From positions 73,594,001 to 73,658,000 of the forward strand of contig OZ024746.1 of the NCBI GenBank assembly GCA_964016885.1: a stretch of 64,000 nt of DNA, written 5' to 3'. The position numbers and the translations under genes are program-made. Positions 40,972-55,186 of this stretch are shown here, piece by piece. This DNA is from Eledone cirrhosa (lineage: Eukaryota). The notes beneath the pieces were generated by a model. That model was given only the letters and a program-made list of their open reading frames with translations. It searched no databases and had not been told where the DNA came from. Each line of letters begins with the position of its first letter. Within the stretch, counting starts at the first letter, position 1.

Positions 40972-41795
40972 TCGAAGTCAATGTAAACCATGACAGCAGG
41001 AAGGCTCTTTGTTCTAGCTCTCCCTAATATCCTCCTCAGCATCAGGATGTGACTGGTGGTTGATCTTCCCTCTCTGAAGCCATTCTGGTTGTCCCTGATG
41101 GTTTTCTCCATTTCGGGCTGGATCCTGTTAAGAATCGTACTGTTGAGGGTCTTTGCCACAAGTGACGTCAGTGAGACCCCCCCTGTAGTTGTTGGTATTA
41201 GAGAGATCTCTCTTCTTTGGCACTGGGACTATGTTACTGATCATCCGCTGATTCGGGGCAACTCCTTTCTACAGTGCCTGGTTATAGAACTGCAGGATGA
41301 TATCATCAAAATCACACCTCTTCATCACCTCTGATGCCACTCCAGCGCTGGAGAAACACCAGGACTCTGGCTTTACTGTAGCACTTGCTCAGAGTGTTAA
41401 GGCGAAAAAGATATAGATATCAGATGCTGAATTTGCTGACGACTTAGCTCTGGTGACAAATAAAGTGAAGGAGGCAGAGGAGTTGATGCAGGAGGTGGAG
41501 ACTGTGCAGATGAGTGTGGGGCTGAGAATGAATGAGATTAAGACGAAGTATCTGGTAGAGAACATTAAGAAGCCAGAAAAGATGATTAATGTAGGCGGGA
41601 AGCCGTTAGAGTTGGTTGAGGACTTCCTGTATGCGGAAGCATAGATTGGGAACACAGAGGATGATGTGGTTGAGAGGAAGAGCAAAGCCTGGGTGGCGTA
41701 CCACAGTTTGAGATCGGTGGGGAAGTCGGACTTTCGTAAAGACCTGAAGATCCGTCTCTTCTTTGCTACAGTAGAGTCTGTGCTACTGTACGGTC
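40972..41795. pseudogene. RTE-group RT relic in two opposite orientations (5' inversion)
   Basis: Minus 40972-41330: SLTSLVAK...QNGFREGRST...VYIDF. Plus 41390-41795: EFADDLAL...GLRMNEIKTK...KIRLFFATVESVLLYG. Confidence 0.8.
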
Positions 41796-41937
41796 TCAAA
41801 GGAAATATTATAATTTCTGCTAACATTCAGAATTAAGCTCTCAACCAGATGTTATTAAACAAACACAATTAATTAACCAATCAACAGAATTGTCTAATTA
41901 AATTAATTAGCTAATTATTCAATCTAGGAGAAAATAA

Positions 41938-42552
<615 letters not shown>

Positions 42553-42618
42553 TATATTTATATATATATATATTTATATATATATATATTTATATATATA
42601 TATATTTATATATATATT

Positions 42619-42650
<32 letters not shown>

Positions 42651-42704
42651 TATACGATATTAATAAATGGAAACTATATTTATAAAACCATATTTATTTC
42701 ATTA

Positions 42705-42756
42705 TACATATTTCAGGAATACCAAATTAAATTATGGTATGCCTTCATCAGACAAA
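42705..42756 (-). ncRNA. Hammerhead-like motif with long stem II
   Basis: Minus strand: ttgt-CTGATGA-aggcatacca(taatttaatt)tggtattcct-GAAA-tatg-TA; stem I pairing weak. Confidence 0.55.
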
Positions 42757-42837
42757 ATACAATATATAACAGTTTTACAAATAAGCTTTGACGTACCCTA
42801 TTAAAATGCAACCATTATTTTTGGAAGCCATCCGTAT

Positions 42838-42888
<51 letters not shown>

Positions 42889-42906
42889 TAAATATATATT
42901 ATATAT

Positions 42907-43056
<150 letters not shown>

Positions 43057-43449
43057 ATATATACAATATAAAGAAATACACAGATACATGCGAACACATA
43101 CATATACATGAATATATCCACATATATCCCTGAATTTGTGGTGCCCACCTCAACCGTTGTTGCTCTATGAATAACTGGGACAAAATAATCCGAATGGATT
43201 AGGTTGATTCAGTATCAGAGCTATATAATACATTATAAAGAAAGAAGAAACATTAGATATAATTAATAAGATATACCATACCCAAATTCCTTCATTACTC
43301 CTCGACTACGTAGTTTCGTGGCATATTATGCAAAAACACTACATCACAGAAATACAGTATTTGTGTGAGGTTTGCCGACTTATCAAGAGGATACCTCATT
43401 TAGAGTTTCAAAACACATCCGTAGGACGCGGGGTAGAATCCCGAAGAGC

Positions 43450-44036
43450 GGAGGGGGAGTCAATCACGTGATACAGCGGTCAAGAAACAGAGCTAAGCGT
43501 CTTACAACGAAGACAAACGTACCACAAAGGAGGAGGGGGTATTTAAAGCTCCCACACTTCAGTGATGAAACAACAACAGCCATCCGCAGAGCTATCAGAC
43601 GAGAGGGACTAGATATCCAACTAGCCCACTCAGGACCTTTTCTTCGCGGACAGCTAACCAAAAGACACTCCACCAGACATGACAGCCGCTGCAGGCTAGC
43701 CAACTGCCCCATCAACGACACAGACCTATGCCACCAGGCGTACGTCGTATACAGATTAGAGTGCAACAAATGCAGCAATTTCTACATAGGTAGCACCACC
43801 AGACCACTTCACATAAGAGTAAAAGAACACCTCAATACTAACGCTTCCTCATTTAAGAAACACCTTGTGAAATGCAAAACCACTGACAAAAATATAACAG
43901 AATAGAAGCTAAGGAAAGAAACCTCGGCAATCTTAGAATTAAGGAAGCACTGATTATAGACAAAACACAACCACCAATCAATAATAGACTAGAACTCAAG
44001 ACCCACTTTTTAACATGATAGAGCACCTAGCCCCAC

Positions 44037-44129
<93 letters not shown>

Positions 44130-44510
44130 TATACCTCCACTTATTCTCTCTCACACAGATACATACACACACAAAGACCAGTTTTAACATGATAGAGCAC
44201 CTAGCACCCACATTTACATATAGACATATCCTCTCACACTCACACACACACACGCATACTTACGCCTTCACATATTCTCCCACACACACTTAAACATACA
44301 TGTACAAAACCCCTTCATCCACATAACTTTCAATCTTTGACATTAGAGATAGAATGGAATCTCTATACCATTTCCTGTCAGCATGACATGGCAAGCTAAT
44401 TAGAACACTGGATTAACCCCTTTACTTCCCTCCGAAGAAGAGATATTATCTCGAAAATTAAGGATATTCAAATAAATATAAGGTAAAAGACTACTTGTCA
44501 ACAATACCTT
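43450..44510 (+). mobile_element. 5'-truncated Penelope-like element, family B (GIY-YIG + terminal repeat)
   Basis: YLKLPHFS...CRLANCPI...CHQAYVVYRLECNKCSNFYIGSTTRPLHIRVKEH; a frameshift near 43900 precedes LRIKEALII...PPINNR. Confidence 0.9.
44428..44463 (+). ncRNA. Minimal hammerhead, CCGA core variant, in PLE-B terminal repeat
   Basis: cct-CCGAAGA-a-gagat(att)atctc-GAAA-at-TA-agg; same core as 15346-15380. Confidence 0.65.
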
Positions 44511-45613
44511 TTGCAACAACATATTTTTCAACAACAGCACACATCAACAACAACACACACACATTCAATGCCTCTTCCCACCACCACAATCTTAACAAAC
44601 ACACAGACACAGAAAACAAGTAATGACAGTAGCACAGAAATCACAGAAATAAGGGAAAGTAATAGGATTAAAAGGAGAAGGGAGACTAAGGACAAAGAAA
44701 ATAACCAAGACGAACACACAGACACACAAAATAGGGTAGATAGCAACAATGAGCCAGTGGAAAGAGACAGGAGTAATTATGAGAGACATAGAAACAACCA
44801 TGAGGCTGTTGGTGGAAATAGAAATAGAAACAACACAACTAACAATAACAATAGCACAAGTACACATAAAGCAGCAGCCTGGAACTCTACTTTTTATAAT
44901 CCCTCCGATAAATCGTTCGACCTGCGACGAGTCCACGCCACGACTTTACCATTTAACAAACGCACGCAATTGCCGTCGCAGGTCGATGAATAAACAGAAG
45001 CACAATTTAGTATAGCTAGATCCGAACTTAGAAATATTATAGAACAGTATAGCAAGAAGCATAATAGAATGGAGGCCCAGCAACTGGGAGAAAAATCTGC
45101 AAATGGCTTGCGTAAGCTCATGCAGCGCTCGCGTAATGGAGAGATAGCATGCTTTCCAACAGACAAGTCTGGCAGAATGTCGGTTGACAGCCTGCCAAAC
45201 TACATCCAGGCAATGCAACCCCACATCACTAACACAAGAGAGGTAACACCACAGGAGCATGAGGATAGAGAAAAAGCCCTCAATGCCCATATGGTGATGT
45301 GGACGAATATAATGCAGCCCAACAAAAGGACTGCCAACAACTTCCAGGCCTGGAACAATGACGTGCCGGCGTTGTATGGGCTTTGAAAAGACCATAAAAC
45401 GGGCAGTGACCCTGTCGCGGGACCACCAACACGGCCACTCTGTGGAGCTAACATTACTAGTAACTACAGACTGTCCTACTTCCTCTCCCTGATCATAGGC
45501 CCCATCATTGAAATGTCCCCAGATGTATGTGACAGCACGGAGGACTTCCTCAGCAGAATCGGCGAGGGGTAACCGATCTAGGGACCTAACAAACTGCATA
45601 ATAGGTAGTATGG

Positions 45614-47269
45614 ATGGATGTTGTGTCCCTGTATCCATCTATTGACGTGGATTTTGCTGTGGAGAAATGCGTAGAAATGATCAGTGAGAGCAATGTTGAG
45701 TTCCGTGGGATTGATACCAGTGAGCTGGGACTCCTACTTAAACTTACCTATAGTAATAATTACCTAGACACATATGACCTTAGCAACCTGTGCCCTACAA
45801 GACCAGCAAGAGGCAGACCACCTACCATTACCTCAATGGCCAAGAAAACCCACACAGATAGATGGAACGGGTGGACCAGAGCCATACGGACACCCGAAAA
45901 CCACGATGAACTGAAGAAAATGATTGCACATGCGGTAGGGGCCAGCATAAAACTAACCCTTAAGGAACATATGTTCAAATTTAATGGAAAAACATATGCC
46001 CAAGAGGAAGGAGCAGCCATTGGTGTTAGCATTGCAGGCGACATAGCTAACTTATTCATGGTATGGTGGGACAGTAGACTTAAACTTAAACTTAAAGAAC
46101 AATTAGAAGACCCCTTAACCCTGATAATGTACTCCCGCTACGTTGATGATATAAACATCGTAGTTAAGACACCCCCACTAGAGAACAGTCAGGAACTAGA
46201 GAAAAACACAATGGAAAGCATCCAGCAAATAGCTAACTCCATCCACCAGAGCATTAGAGTTACTATAGACTACCCAAGTAAACACCCCAACCATCGATTA
46301 CCTGTACTAGACACAGAGCTCTGGTTAGATACCATTAATAACAAAAAACAAATCCTCCATTCCCATTATGCCAAACCCATGACTTCCAAACATCTGATCC
46401 ACCGAAACTCGGCCGTTTCGGACCATACCAAAATCAACATACTGATTGCGGATTTGGTACGGGTGATGAGAAACGTGTCCCGCATGTGCAACCCCGAAGA
46501 ACTAGAGAGACACATACAACACTTCATCCACCGTATGCAGTTCTCTGGCTACAATCAGAGAGATAAAATCAGAGTGTATAGAGGAGCCAGAACCAAATGG
46601 GAAAAAATGGTAAATAATGACATAAATGGAACCTGCCCCTTGTATAGGAGCAGATTTTGGAATAGAATAGAAAGAACTAGGAACAAGGCTAATAGAATAA
46701 ACTCATGGTATGATAGCAATAAATACCAGAGTGTAATGTTCATCGATACAACCCCTAGAGGTGAATTAGCTTACAAATTTAGAAGGGCCCTAGATAAACA
46801 TAAACTCAATATTAAGATAGTAGAAAGACCAGGTACCTCCGTAAAAACACTTATTAGCAAGACATACCCTTTTCAAAGACCCTCATGTATAGATAAGAAA
46901 TGTATAACCTGTAAAATAAGCCCCCATATTAACTGTAAAACTAGAAATGTAGTGTATAGCATAAGATGTACTGAAGGACAATGTAGAGACAAAAATATAG
47001 TGTACATAGGTGAGACAGCTCGTAGTGTAGGGGAACGGATAAATGAACACTGGCGAGACCTTCAAGATAGTAAAGAATCATCTGTACTCTACCAACATGC
47101 TAAAATAGAACACAAGGGTAAATTAGAGAACATAGAAATAAAAATAGAATCTACACACAGAAAAGACGCAATGTTTAGACAAATCACAGAGGCAATAAAC
47201 ATAAAAGAATTACAACCAAAATTAAATAGAAAACATGAGTGGAACAGCAACATCACAACTTACAATTAA
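45614..47269 (+). CDS. PLE reverse transcriptase + C-terminal GIY-YIG endonuclease (intact 3' portion of a disrupted ORF)
   Basis: DVVSLYPSI, GAAIG, YSRYVDD, LPVLD, CxxxxCxxC linker, VVYSIRC, YIGETAR, ITEA, PKLNRK. Confidence 0.9.
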   Translation: MDVVSLYPSIDVDFAVEKCVEMISESNVEFRGIDTSELGLLLKLTYSNNYLDTYDLSNLCPTRPARGRPPTITSMAKKTHTDRWNGWTRAIRTPENHDELKKMIAHAVGASIKLTLKEHMFKFNGKTYAQEEGAAIGVSIAGDIANLFMVWWDSRLKLKLKEQLEDPLTLIMYSRYVDDINIVVKTPPLENSQELEKNTMESIQQIANSIHQSIRVTIDYPSKHPNHRLPVLDTELWLDTINNKKQILHSHYAKPMTSKHLIHRNSAVSDHTKINILIADLVRVMRNVSRMCNPEELERHIQHFIHRMQFSGYNQRDKIRVYRGARTKWEKMVNNDINGTCPLYRSRFWNRIERTRNKANRINSWYDSNKYQSVMFIDTTPRGELAYKFRRALDKHKLNIKIVERPGTSVKTLISKTYPFQRPSCIDKKCITCKISPHINCKTRNVVYSIRCTEGQCRDKNIVYIGETARSVGERINEHWRDLQDSKESSVLYQHAKIEHKGKLENIEIKIESTHRKDAMFRQITEAINIKELQPKLNRKHEWNSNITTYN

Positions 47270-47469
47270 GGACAAAATGAAAACACACACACACATAGAA
47301 CAAACAACCAACCAGTAACATGTAAATAAACAAATAAATAAATGAACATAAACACACACAGACACCCGGATGTGGCGCATGCGCAGACTGAGCACACAAC
47401 ACACACACACAAACAAAATGGCGTAGGACAGAACAAAGGAGAGGCACAATAACAAAGAAAGGAATCCCC

Positions 47470-47514
47470 AGTCACTGAAGAGGTCACAGAGTGTGTGACG
47501 AAAGAACTATGACA
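47470..47514 (+). ncRNA. Minimal type-I hammerhead ribozyme in PLE-A terminal repeat
   Basis: gtca-CTGAAGA-g-gtcac(agagtgt)gtgac-GAAA-gaac-TA-tgac. Confidence 0.8.
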
Positions 47515-49170
47515 ATATATAAACAACTATCTGGTTGTGGAACCAACCAACCAACCAAAAATTTATAAATTTATAAATTTATTATAAAATTATTATAATA
47601 AATTGAAGTGAAAGCAACTGGTGCGTGTGTTTCTTATTGGCAACATGACCCTCCCAATGTATAACAATATATATAAATATATTTATTTATAAATATATTA
47701 TATATATAAATATATTATATTATATAAATATTGCCTTTCATCCTTACGGGGTCGATAAAATAAAGTACCAGTAATGTACTGGGTATTTGCTGGCCTTGTG
47801 CCTAAAGTAGAAACAATTATTTATTCAAAGTAATCCAACTTATTTTACAAACGGGATAAAAAAACAAAACCGTACGCAATCCCGCAGACCTTCCTTTATT
47901 ATAGTTTAGATAGTAGTAGTTAAGTGACAGTTGTTAAAGTGGTGGTGGTAGCGATGTTATTTGGGCGGAGTCTGTGAGTATTTTTGAAATGTGTGTGGTG
48001 AGCGTTTTAGCTTTTTAGCTCCACAAAAGCATTCCAGCCGTGACCATTACGTTTTAATTTCGGTACTGTTTGAAATTAAATTATCCCTATATAAATTTGA
48101 GGACTTCTGTCCGCCACACAATGTATGGGTGTGATTGTGTTTGTGTGAATGTATGTGTGTGTAAAAGGAAGGGAAGGAATGGTGAAAAAACTATGGTAAA
48201 ACAGCGACTGGCGGCGTTCCATTTGCTACATTGTGTGAGTGTATGTGTGTGTTTGTGTGAATGTGTGTGTGAATGATGTGTATTGGTGTGAATGTATGTC
48301 TGTGAGTGTGTATTTTTGTAAGTGTGTCAGTGTTTACGAGTTTATATTTATATACTCATACATATAAACCTATGCACATGCACACACATACAGATACGTG
48401 TCAGCATGTTGAAAAAAAAACTCTAGTAATATAAAAGACTATGTTATCCAATGTCTTGCGATTTAATACGGCAAGATATACTTTGAGGGAGATTCGGTAG
48501 TTCATTCCAGCCGATCGAGCGGCCATGTAAAAGCTCCCACTGTTTTTAATCAATCGGTTATTTACACTTCTAGCAACAACATGAGACAAGCAGAAAGAGG
48601 TGATTTACTGATAGCAACTTTCCACTTATAAATAGATATCTATTTTATTTGTAAATTGCGTTTTCTTTTGGTCATATTCGTCTAGCTCAAAGGTTCTCAA
48701 CGGGGGCATATGCACCCCCAGGGGGCGTTTCGGAACTCCAGGGGGGCATTTGGGAGCAAGGGGGCATTAGGGGGGCGTTTGGAGCTTTGGAATGCACTGG
48801 AAGGCTCTTTACTTTGGTAAGTTTTATAAGCCATATTCGTATGTCTTTGAGACAGCCAGTGTGAATGCATTTGAATGAGCATGCACACAGCATAACTATG
48901 GTCTGACCGCAGCTGTGAGCAGGTGTGCAGGCGTGTTTAGATATTAACCGGAAATTGAGATCCTAACAATGGAAAAACCCAGTCAACCGGGTCAAGGACA
49001 CTTCAAGCACAGCCAGTTAGAATCTTGTCTTTCCTTCACCGATAATAATGTATTTCATGTCTGAAATTATTGACTCAACGATAACGAGTTAACACTATGT
49101 AGATCTATTTTATTTCCTATTGTATAAATAATATTACAAATAAAAAAAAGAAAAAAAAAACACAGAAGCG

Positions 49171-49526
49171 GGTAGCACACACATCTAGGACCACATACAA
49201 CACATAATCAGATAATACACACATCTAGGACCACATACAACACATAATCAGGTAATACACACATCTAGGACCACATACAACACATAAGCAGGTAATACAC
49301 ACATCTAGGACCACATGCGACACATAAGGAGGTAGCACACACATCTAGGACCACATACAACACACAGGCAAGTAATACATACATTTAGGACCACATACAA
49401 CACATAAGCAAGTAATACAAACATCTAGGACCACATACAACACATAATCAGGTAATACATACATCTAGGACTACCTACAACACACAGGCAGGTAATACAT
49501 ACATCTAGGACCAAATACAACACACA
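49171..49526. repeat. 40-bp minisatellite, ~9 copies, inside the hAT element
   Basis: Unit GGTAATACACACATCTAGGACCACATACAACACATAATCA. Confidence 0.95.
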
Positions 49527-50581
49527 TTGTATCATGTGCTATGGACGACACTAGAGCAATGGTCGGCCAACATAAGGGTTTCGTCACTCTTCTGAAGAGA
49601 GAAAATCTATCTGTATTTGTTGTTCATTGTGTCATTCATCGACAACACTTAGCTGTGAAGAAACTCAGCAAGCCCTTGCAGGTGGCCCTTGATGTCATCA
49701 ATTTTATCAAACGGCATTCCCTCAATGAACGAATTTTCCGGCAACTGTGCCAAGATAATGACGAAGAATTCGTCAAGTTGCTCCTTCATAATGAAATGAG
49801 GTGGCTTTCAAAGGGCAAGTAAGTGCCTTACTCACTTCTTTGAACTGTTCGACTCTATCATTGAGTTTCTGCGAGGACGCATCACAGAACTGTACAAGAA
49901 AACCCTCGATGTGAGGCAAAACTGCGTCTACCTCACCGACATCGTCGACAAATGCAATAGCGTCATTTTGGCTTTGCAGGGCAAGAAGATCACCTTGCTT
50001 AAAGCAAGGAATGCTGTGAAAACATTCCTGGCCAAATTGAATGTCATCGAAAGGAATCTTTGTTGACGGGAATTCTATAATTTTCCTAGTGCCGCCAATG
50101 TTCAAAACATTGTAAGCAATGACCAACTCCAAATTTATACCGCTCACATCCGTGCGCTACAAGACAACATGAGAGAACGGTTTGTCGACCTTTTGCCGAT
50201 GGACATCCCAATGTGGATAGCAGATCCCTTCATAGCTAACGTCGATGATTTGGATGTTATATTTCAGGAAGAATTCATTGAACTTCAAGCAGATGACATG
50301 ATCAAAATTAGATTTCCCAAAATAGGTGAACCCCTTTTTTGGATGCAAGAGGAAATTCAGCGTCGATTTCCACACCTACATGCAGAGGCTAAGAGATTTG
50401 CTCTGCTTTTCCAAGCTCATACTTAGTCAAGAGGAGGTTTGGTGCTGTTTCCAGACTGCACAGTAAGGCTCGCAACCGCTATAATGTAATTACATGTGGA
50501 GATCTCCGGCTACATCTTACGAAAATCCAGCCTGACGTCAAAGAGGTAGCTAGACTCCATAAAGTTCAAGGGTCCCATTGA
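49527..50581 (+). pseudogene. hAT transposase C-terminal pseudogene
   Basis: AMVGQHKGF, HCVIHRQHLA, LLLHNEMRWLSKG, WIADPF, FW...FPHL; stops and frameshifts. Confidence 0.9.
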
Positions 50582-51335
50582 AATGAGGTCAAAGTTAAAG
50601 TAAGTTGATTTATCCCAAAACTTAGATATGCTATTGTTACAAAGCAAACTTAACAATTTTTTTTATTTGTAGTTACAGTCTGACTGCAGTCTGACTGCAG
50701 TCTGACTGGACTGGAAACCATTTCGTGATTTCGAGGAACAAAAGGGGTCGTTTGGCCTAAATGGGTTGAGAACCTCTGGTCTAGCTGGATGGATAAGATG
50801 GAAGGCATCAAAATAACTCGTCGCTATGGGTAATGAACACAATCACAAGGATATGGTCCGAACGTGGAAGAGCCGAACTCATAGTGTTATCGTCTCTATC
50901 TCCCCCGCCCTCCCCATCTCTCTGTATGGTGAGCAAATGGGGTCCCACGTGCTGGCCTCCCCACAGCCCCGGCGGACAGAATGGAGACGGCGTTTCCTCG
51001 GAGGATGGTAAGGGAGATAGGTTTAACATCTTTGAGCATGACAGAATTAGCGGCTGGCAGCTCTTTACAGTAGTGGTTAATACATTCACTCTATATCCGA
51101 GAGATGCGGTGTTCTATTCCTTGCAGGCTGAGAGTGCCTTTTGTTGCGTAGGATGTATGAGTGTCATGGTTGCTATATATTGTATCCAGAATTAAAGTTT
51201 AACATAGTGTAACATTCCAACAGTGGTGTTGGGATAAGGTTATGGTGGGTGAAGGTTGAGTCAAGCAGAGAAAGTCAGTAGCAATGGAATTCCTCAGAGC
51301 GCTAATTAAGGCTTGATGTTTGTGAAGACGAGCGT

Positions 51336-51396
<61 letters not shown>

Positions 51397-51433
51397 ATAC
51401 ACATACATACACTCGCATATGTATACATACATG

Positions 51434-51467
<34 letters not shown>

Positions 51468-51589
51468 AATGCATATGTATACACACACACACACACATAT
51501 ATATATATGTATATATACAATTGAGATAAGCGGAGCTATATATATATATGCATATTTATACACATATATATATATATATGCATATTTAT

Positions 51590-51650
<61 letters not shown>

Positions 51651-51718
51651 CATATGCACACATATATACATACACATGCACACACACACACATATATATA
51701 CATGCACACACACATACG

Positions 51719-51749
<31 letters not shown>

Positions 51750-51856
51750 GAGCTCTGCCGTCGGAGTCTTGAACATTTTCCTATATATATATCTATATAT
51801 ATATATATAATTTATATGCATGCATACAAAATTAGGTTAAATTCACATTTTCATCT

Positions 51857-51909
51857 GTCGAATACGCGTGTTTCGCCGTGGGATTATTTCCGCCGGTCGT
51901 CAGTCCGAC
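51857..51909 (-). ncRNA. Type-I hammerhead ribozyme in a solo terminal-repeat-like fragment
   Basis: Minus strand: gtcgga-CTGACGA-ccg...cgg-c-GAAA-cacgcg-TA-ttcgac. Confidence 0.7.
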
Positions 51910-52155
51910 ATCTTGGAATGTAATGTATGTTGACGAGATTTGATCGATCCTTTTGTGATAGGTCATCTTGAATTAGTCACTAACCTTTTTCGCAAATGCT
52001 CTAATCTTCTCCGAAACAAGCTTATCAAAAATATATTAAATTTCCTCTCTGGCAAAACATATATGAACTAGACCAAACTACATACAATTACACATTAACA
52101 TGCAATGGCATTACTTTTAAATATGAAAAGGCAGACCTTTCAACTTACAACATCA

Positions 52156-52345
52156 ATAATTGTTTCTACTTTTTGGCACAAGGCCAGCAATTTATCAGTG
52201 CATTACTGATACTTTATTTTATTGACCCCGTAAGGATGAAAGGCAAAGTTAACCTCGGCGAGATTCGAACTCAGAATGGCAAGGGCCGTAACTCTGTGCG
52301 TCAAAGCATAGCGTCCAACCCTCTACCGGTACTGCCAATCCACCA
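52156..52345 (-). mobile_element. tRNA-derived SINE
   Basis: Reverse complement of SINE consensus. Confidence 0.85.
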
Positions 52346-52349
52346 TGAA

Positions 52350-53020
52350 GCCAAATAGATAGCCACCTTCCTTAAGAAATTAGAGTGTTTAGCCAAGTGC
52401 CATGCCTTCATGAACCTTATGGACCATAAACCTGATTTTACTGATAACCCCACACGCAGGCTCATATACCATGCACATATAGAGTTAGGACTAATTAGCA
52501 AGACAATACTTAGAAATATAACTAAGGCCTTAAGGAGGCAATCCAGTTTTATTCAGTGGGAAAATAAGGATACAGAAATTGAATGGTTTAACACCCTGAC
52601 AAACATCATCATGGCTAGACTCAGCCAGATCAGCATCCTAAATGTTTAACCCTCGATCTCTAAGACCCTGTTAGATAATGCCACTAGCTACACTAGTGAT
52701 ATAGACAAACAAATTAGGAAAAACTACTCTTCAGCAACGGGGAAGCCTGGTTAAAAAATCAAATACTACAGATTCCCTCATGGGTCTCTATAGAGACGAT
52801 GGTTTAGTCCTATCGCGTCATAAAAGCAGTTACTTTTAGGAAAAACTTAATAACCACATTTAATGAGTTAGGACTAAAAATCACAGTAGCCACCAAACTG
52901 ATTAGCGTCAACTACTTAGACGTCACCCTAGATTTTTGCCCACATGCACACAAACCATTCCATAAATATGAAAAATTAAGGTACATACACAAACATTCCT
53001 GCCATCCTCCCACGTAAATC
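52350..53020 (+). pseudogene. Decayed PLE RT (related to 55995-57329)
   Basis: LMDHKPDFTDNPTRRLI...ELGLISKTIL...QW.N...IEWF; GLYRDDGL; VNYLDVTLD. Confidence 0.85.
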
Positions 53021-53049
53021 AACGTAAATAAAAAAAAAATTTGTTGTGA

Positions 53050-53104
<55 letters not shown>

Positions 53105-53849
53105 TATATATATGGTTCCATTTTAGACCCAGTCTTATTCTCAACAAGAAAGATGAACAGACCTTCTTCGACACTTAATTTTAAATTACTAATTTTTAGT
53201 TTTTTTAAATTGTAATATTCTCCATTTAATAAGATCGATCACATCGATACATCAAAACCGGTTATATTTTATATATTTTATATACATTATAAAACTCCTT
53301 TTTAAAAAAAAATTGTTCCTCTCATTTGTTCAATAATGTCACTTTGACGAATCAAAAAAGAACAAAAGAAAAACAGATCCTTTAAATATATTTTTCGTGC
53401 TATTTCCAATTTTTCTCTATAACTTCTGTTTTGTATAGAACCTTACTCCCTTTTCAAATATATATATATATATAATGTTATGTCAGGTCACTCTTGAGTT
53501 CTACGGGTTACATGTATCCGGGTCATCGGCGACTAAACTGGCAATTCTACCAAACCTGCTTGGTGAGGAGAGAGATTTGGCACCCTGCAAAGTGAAAAAC
53601 AACACCTGACAAAGAGTCAACGGCCATCCAACAGTGTGTATGTATGTATATATTGTGTGGGTGTGTAAATGTATATATTATGTGGGTGTGTGCGGGATTG
53701 TTTGCGCGAGCGTTAGTATTTTTATTTATTTATTTATTTATGTATTTATTTTTGAAACTTCTAATTTTATTTTATGTAACATATTTTTTAGTTGCAATAT
53801 GATTCCATGCTTAGTGTCTTTATTCCTTTCATATCTTGTCTGGGCTTGG

Positions 53850-54480
53850 GTTTTCATATCACAAATGAATATAGTTGTAAATATTTTGGTTCTTCTTCTG
53901 AGATTGGTTCAAATCTGTGGTACACTTCCCCTTGGATCTTGAAAGTGAATATAAAGCTACCTTCATGGATGATGTTTGCGCCAAGTATCATTTGGCATGC
54001 ATTATTGTACTTCTAGATATTTTGAAGAAAGTGTCTTGATTCAGTAGTTGTACCAATCAGCAGTCCCCTCAAAGGTTTTGGTGATTCAGGTTATAGTCTA
54101 AAATTAATCTTTCTATTCAAACAGCACAACTCAGTTGACTCACCATTCCATTTTTTAGCACCACGATTTGGACAAATTTTGTTAATTGAATAAATTCGAA
54201 TTAAAGGTTCTGAGGCATAGTCTTGATGTGGATTGTAATTAAAAGCAGCAAAGTTCCACACGGCAACCTTTTAAAATCGTAAATCTTCTGTTCTTGCTCT
54301 CTGTTCACATAGCTTTTGACTTGTTTGAGTTTCAGTTTCTTCATGCTGCATTTCAGCTGCTGTATTTCTCTGTATTTCATTTGCTGTTTCAATGATTTTC
54401 GTACTTTGATTCTTCTTGACGAATAGTTGCTTCTCTCCCTATATAAAATAAATAGATAGATAATCAGATGCACAAAGATC
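53850..54480 (-). pseudogene. Helitron Rep N-terminal fragment
   Basis: CAKKWNGESTELCC...PKPLRGLL...SRHFLQNI*KYNNACQM...TFKIQGEVYHR...EPKYLQLY matches the Helitron NIRKYN.FQMTS / TFKIQGQVYH / PKFLQIY pattern. Confidence 0.75.
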
Positions 54481-54984
54481 AACTTCAATAACAAAGAATG
54501 AGTGCACAGAATAGATAGGATGAATCAGAGGAACAGAGATCAAAATGGCTTGTTGAAAATGGAATGGTGAGTCAACTGGATTGTGCTGTTTAAATGGAAA
54601 GATTAAGTTTAGACTGTTACAGTCAAAACTTACAGATGGAGTGTTTCGTGAGTGACCGTGTCGTTTATATTATTTTTTCAATTGTGTGTGTATGCGTGTC
54701 TGTGTTTTGTGTGTGCGTGTGTGTGTTTTTATGTGCGCGTGTGTACATGCGTATGTGTATTTATGTGTGAGTGTGTTTATGGGTGTTATGTGTGTTTAAG
54801 TGGGATTATGTGGTTATTAACGTGTGTGTATAAGCTTGTATGACTATCTGTATCTGAGTTTATATACTAAATGAGAAGAAAGATATTAAATGAACTCGTA
54901 TTTCAAAAGGTAGTAGGATTTCAGAAATTGAGTTCAGAAATGAAAAGAGATGGTTATGTGTTCAATGTCATACTTAAAAACAAG

Positions 54985-55186
54985 ATGGTGTAGGGCAGAA
55001 CAAAGGAGGAACGCAAAATAAGAAATCACTCACTGAGAAGGTCACCGAATGTGTGACGAAAGAGATTTGACTATATATAAACAACCATTCGGTTATTGAA
55101 CCAACCAACCGGAAATTTATAATAAATTGAAGTGAAAACCAACAGATGCGCGTGTTTTTATTGGCAGCATGACCCTCCCAAAGAAT

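Larger units (their letters stand above)
44511..47668 (+). mobile_element. Near-complete Penelope-like element, family A
   Basis: One long frame 44511-45570 with in-frame stops at 44991 and 45384 (PTDKSGRM, LYGL*KDHK, RPLCG) and a frameshift near 45570-45615, then the RT+EN ORF; 3' terminal repeat ends in (TA)n. Confidence 0.92.
48688..50778 (+). mobile_element. hAT DNA transposon (Buster/Charlie-like), internally deleted, with both TIRs
   Basis: TIRs CAAAGGTTCTCAAC / GTTGAGAACCTCTG; perfect 8-bp TSD GTCTAGCT with central TA. Confidence 0.92.

Noticed and set aside
45384-45386. In-frame TGA in the PLE ORF as possible selenocysteine (as in Naiad PLEs)
   Set aside because: Lies in the LYGL[R]KDHK motif, best explained as CGA-to-TGA decay; the element has other lesions.
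44946-45638. 230-aa minus-strand ORF
   Set aside because: Antisense shadow of the PLE RT region.
49171-49526. 40-bp periodic array as a CRISPR
   Set aside because: Units are contiguous with no unique spacers; eukaryotic context.
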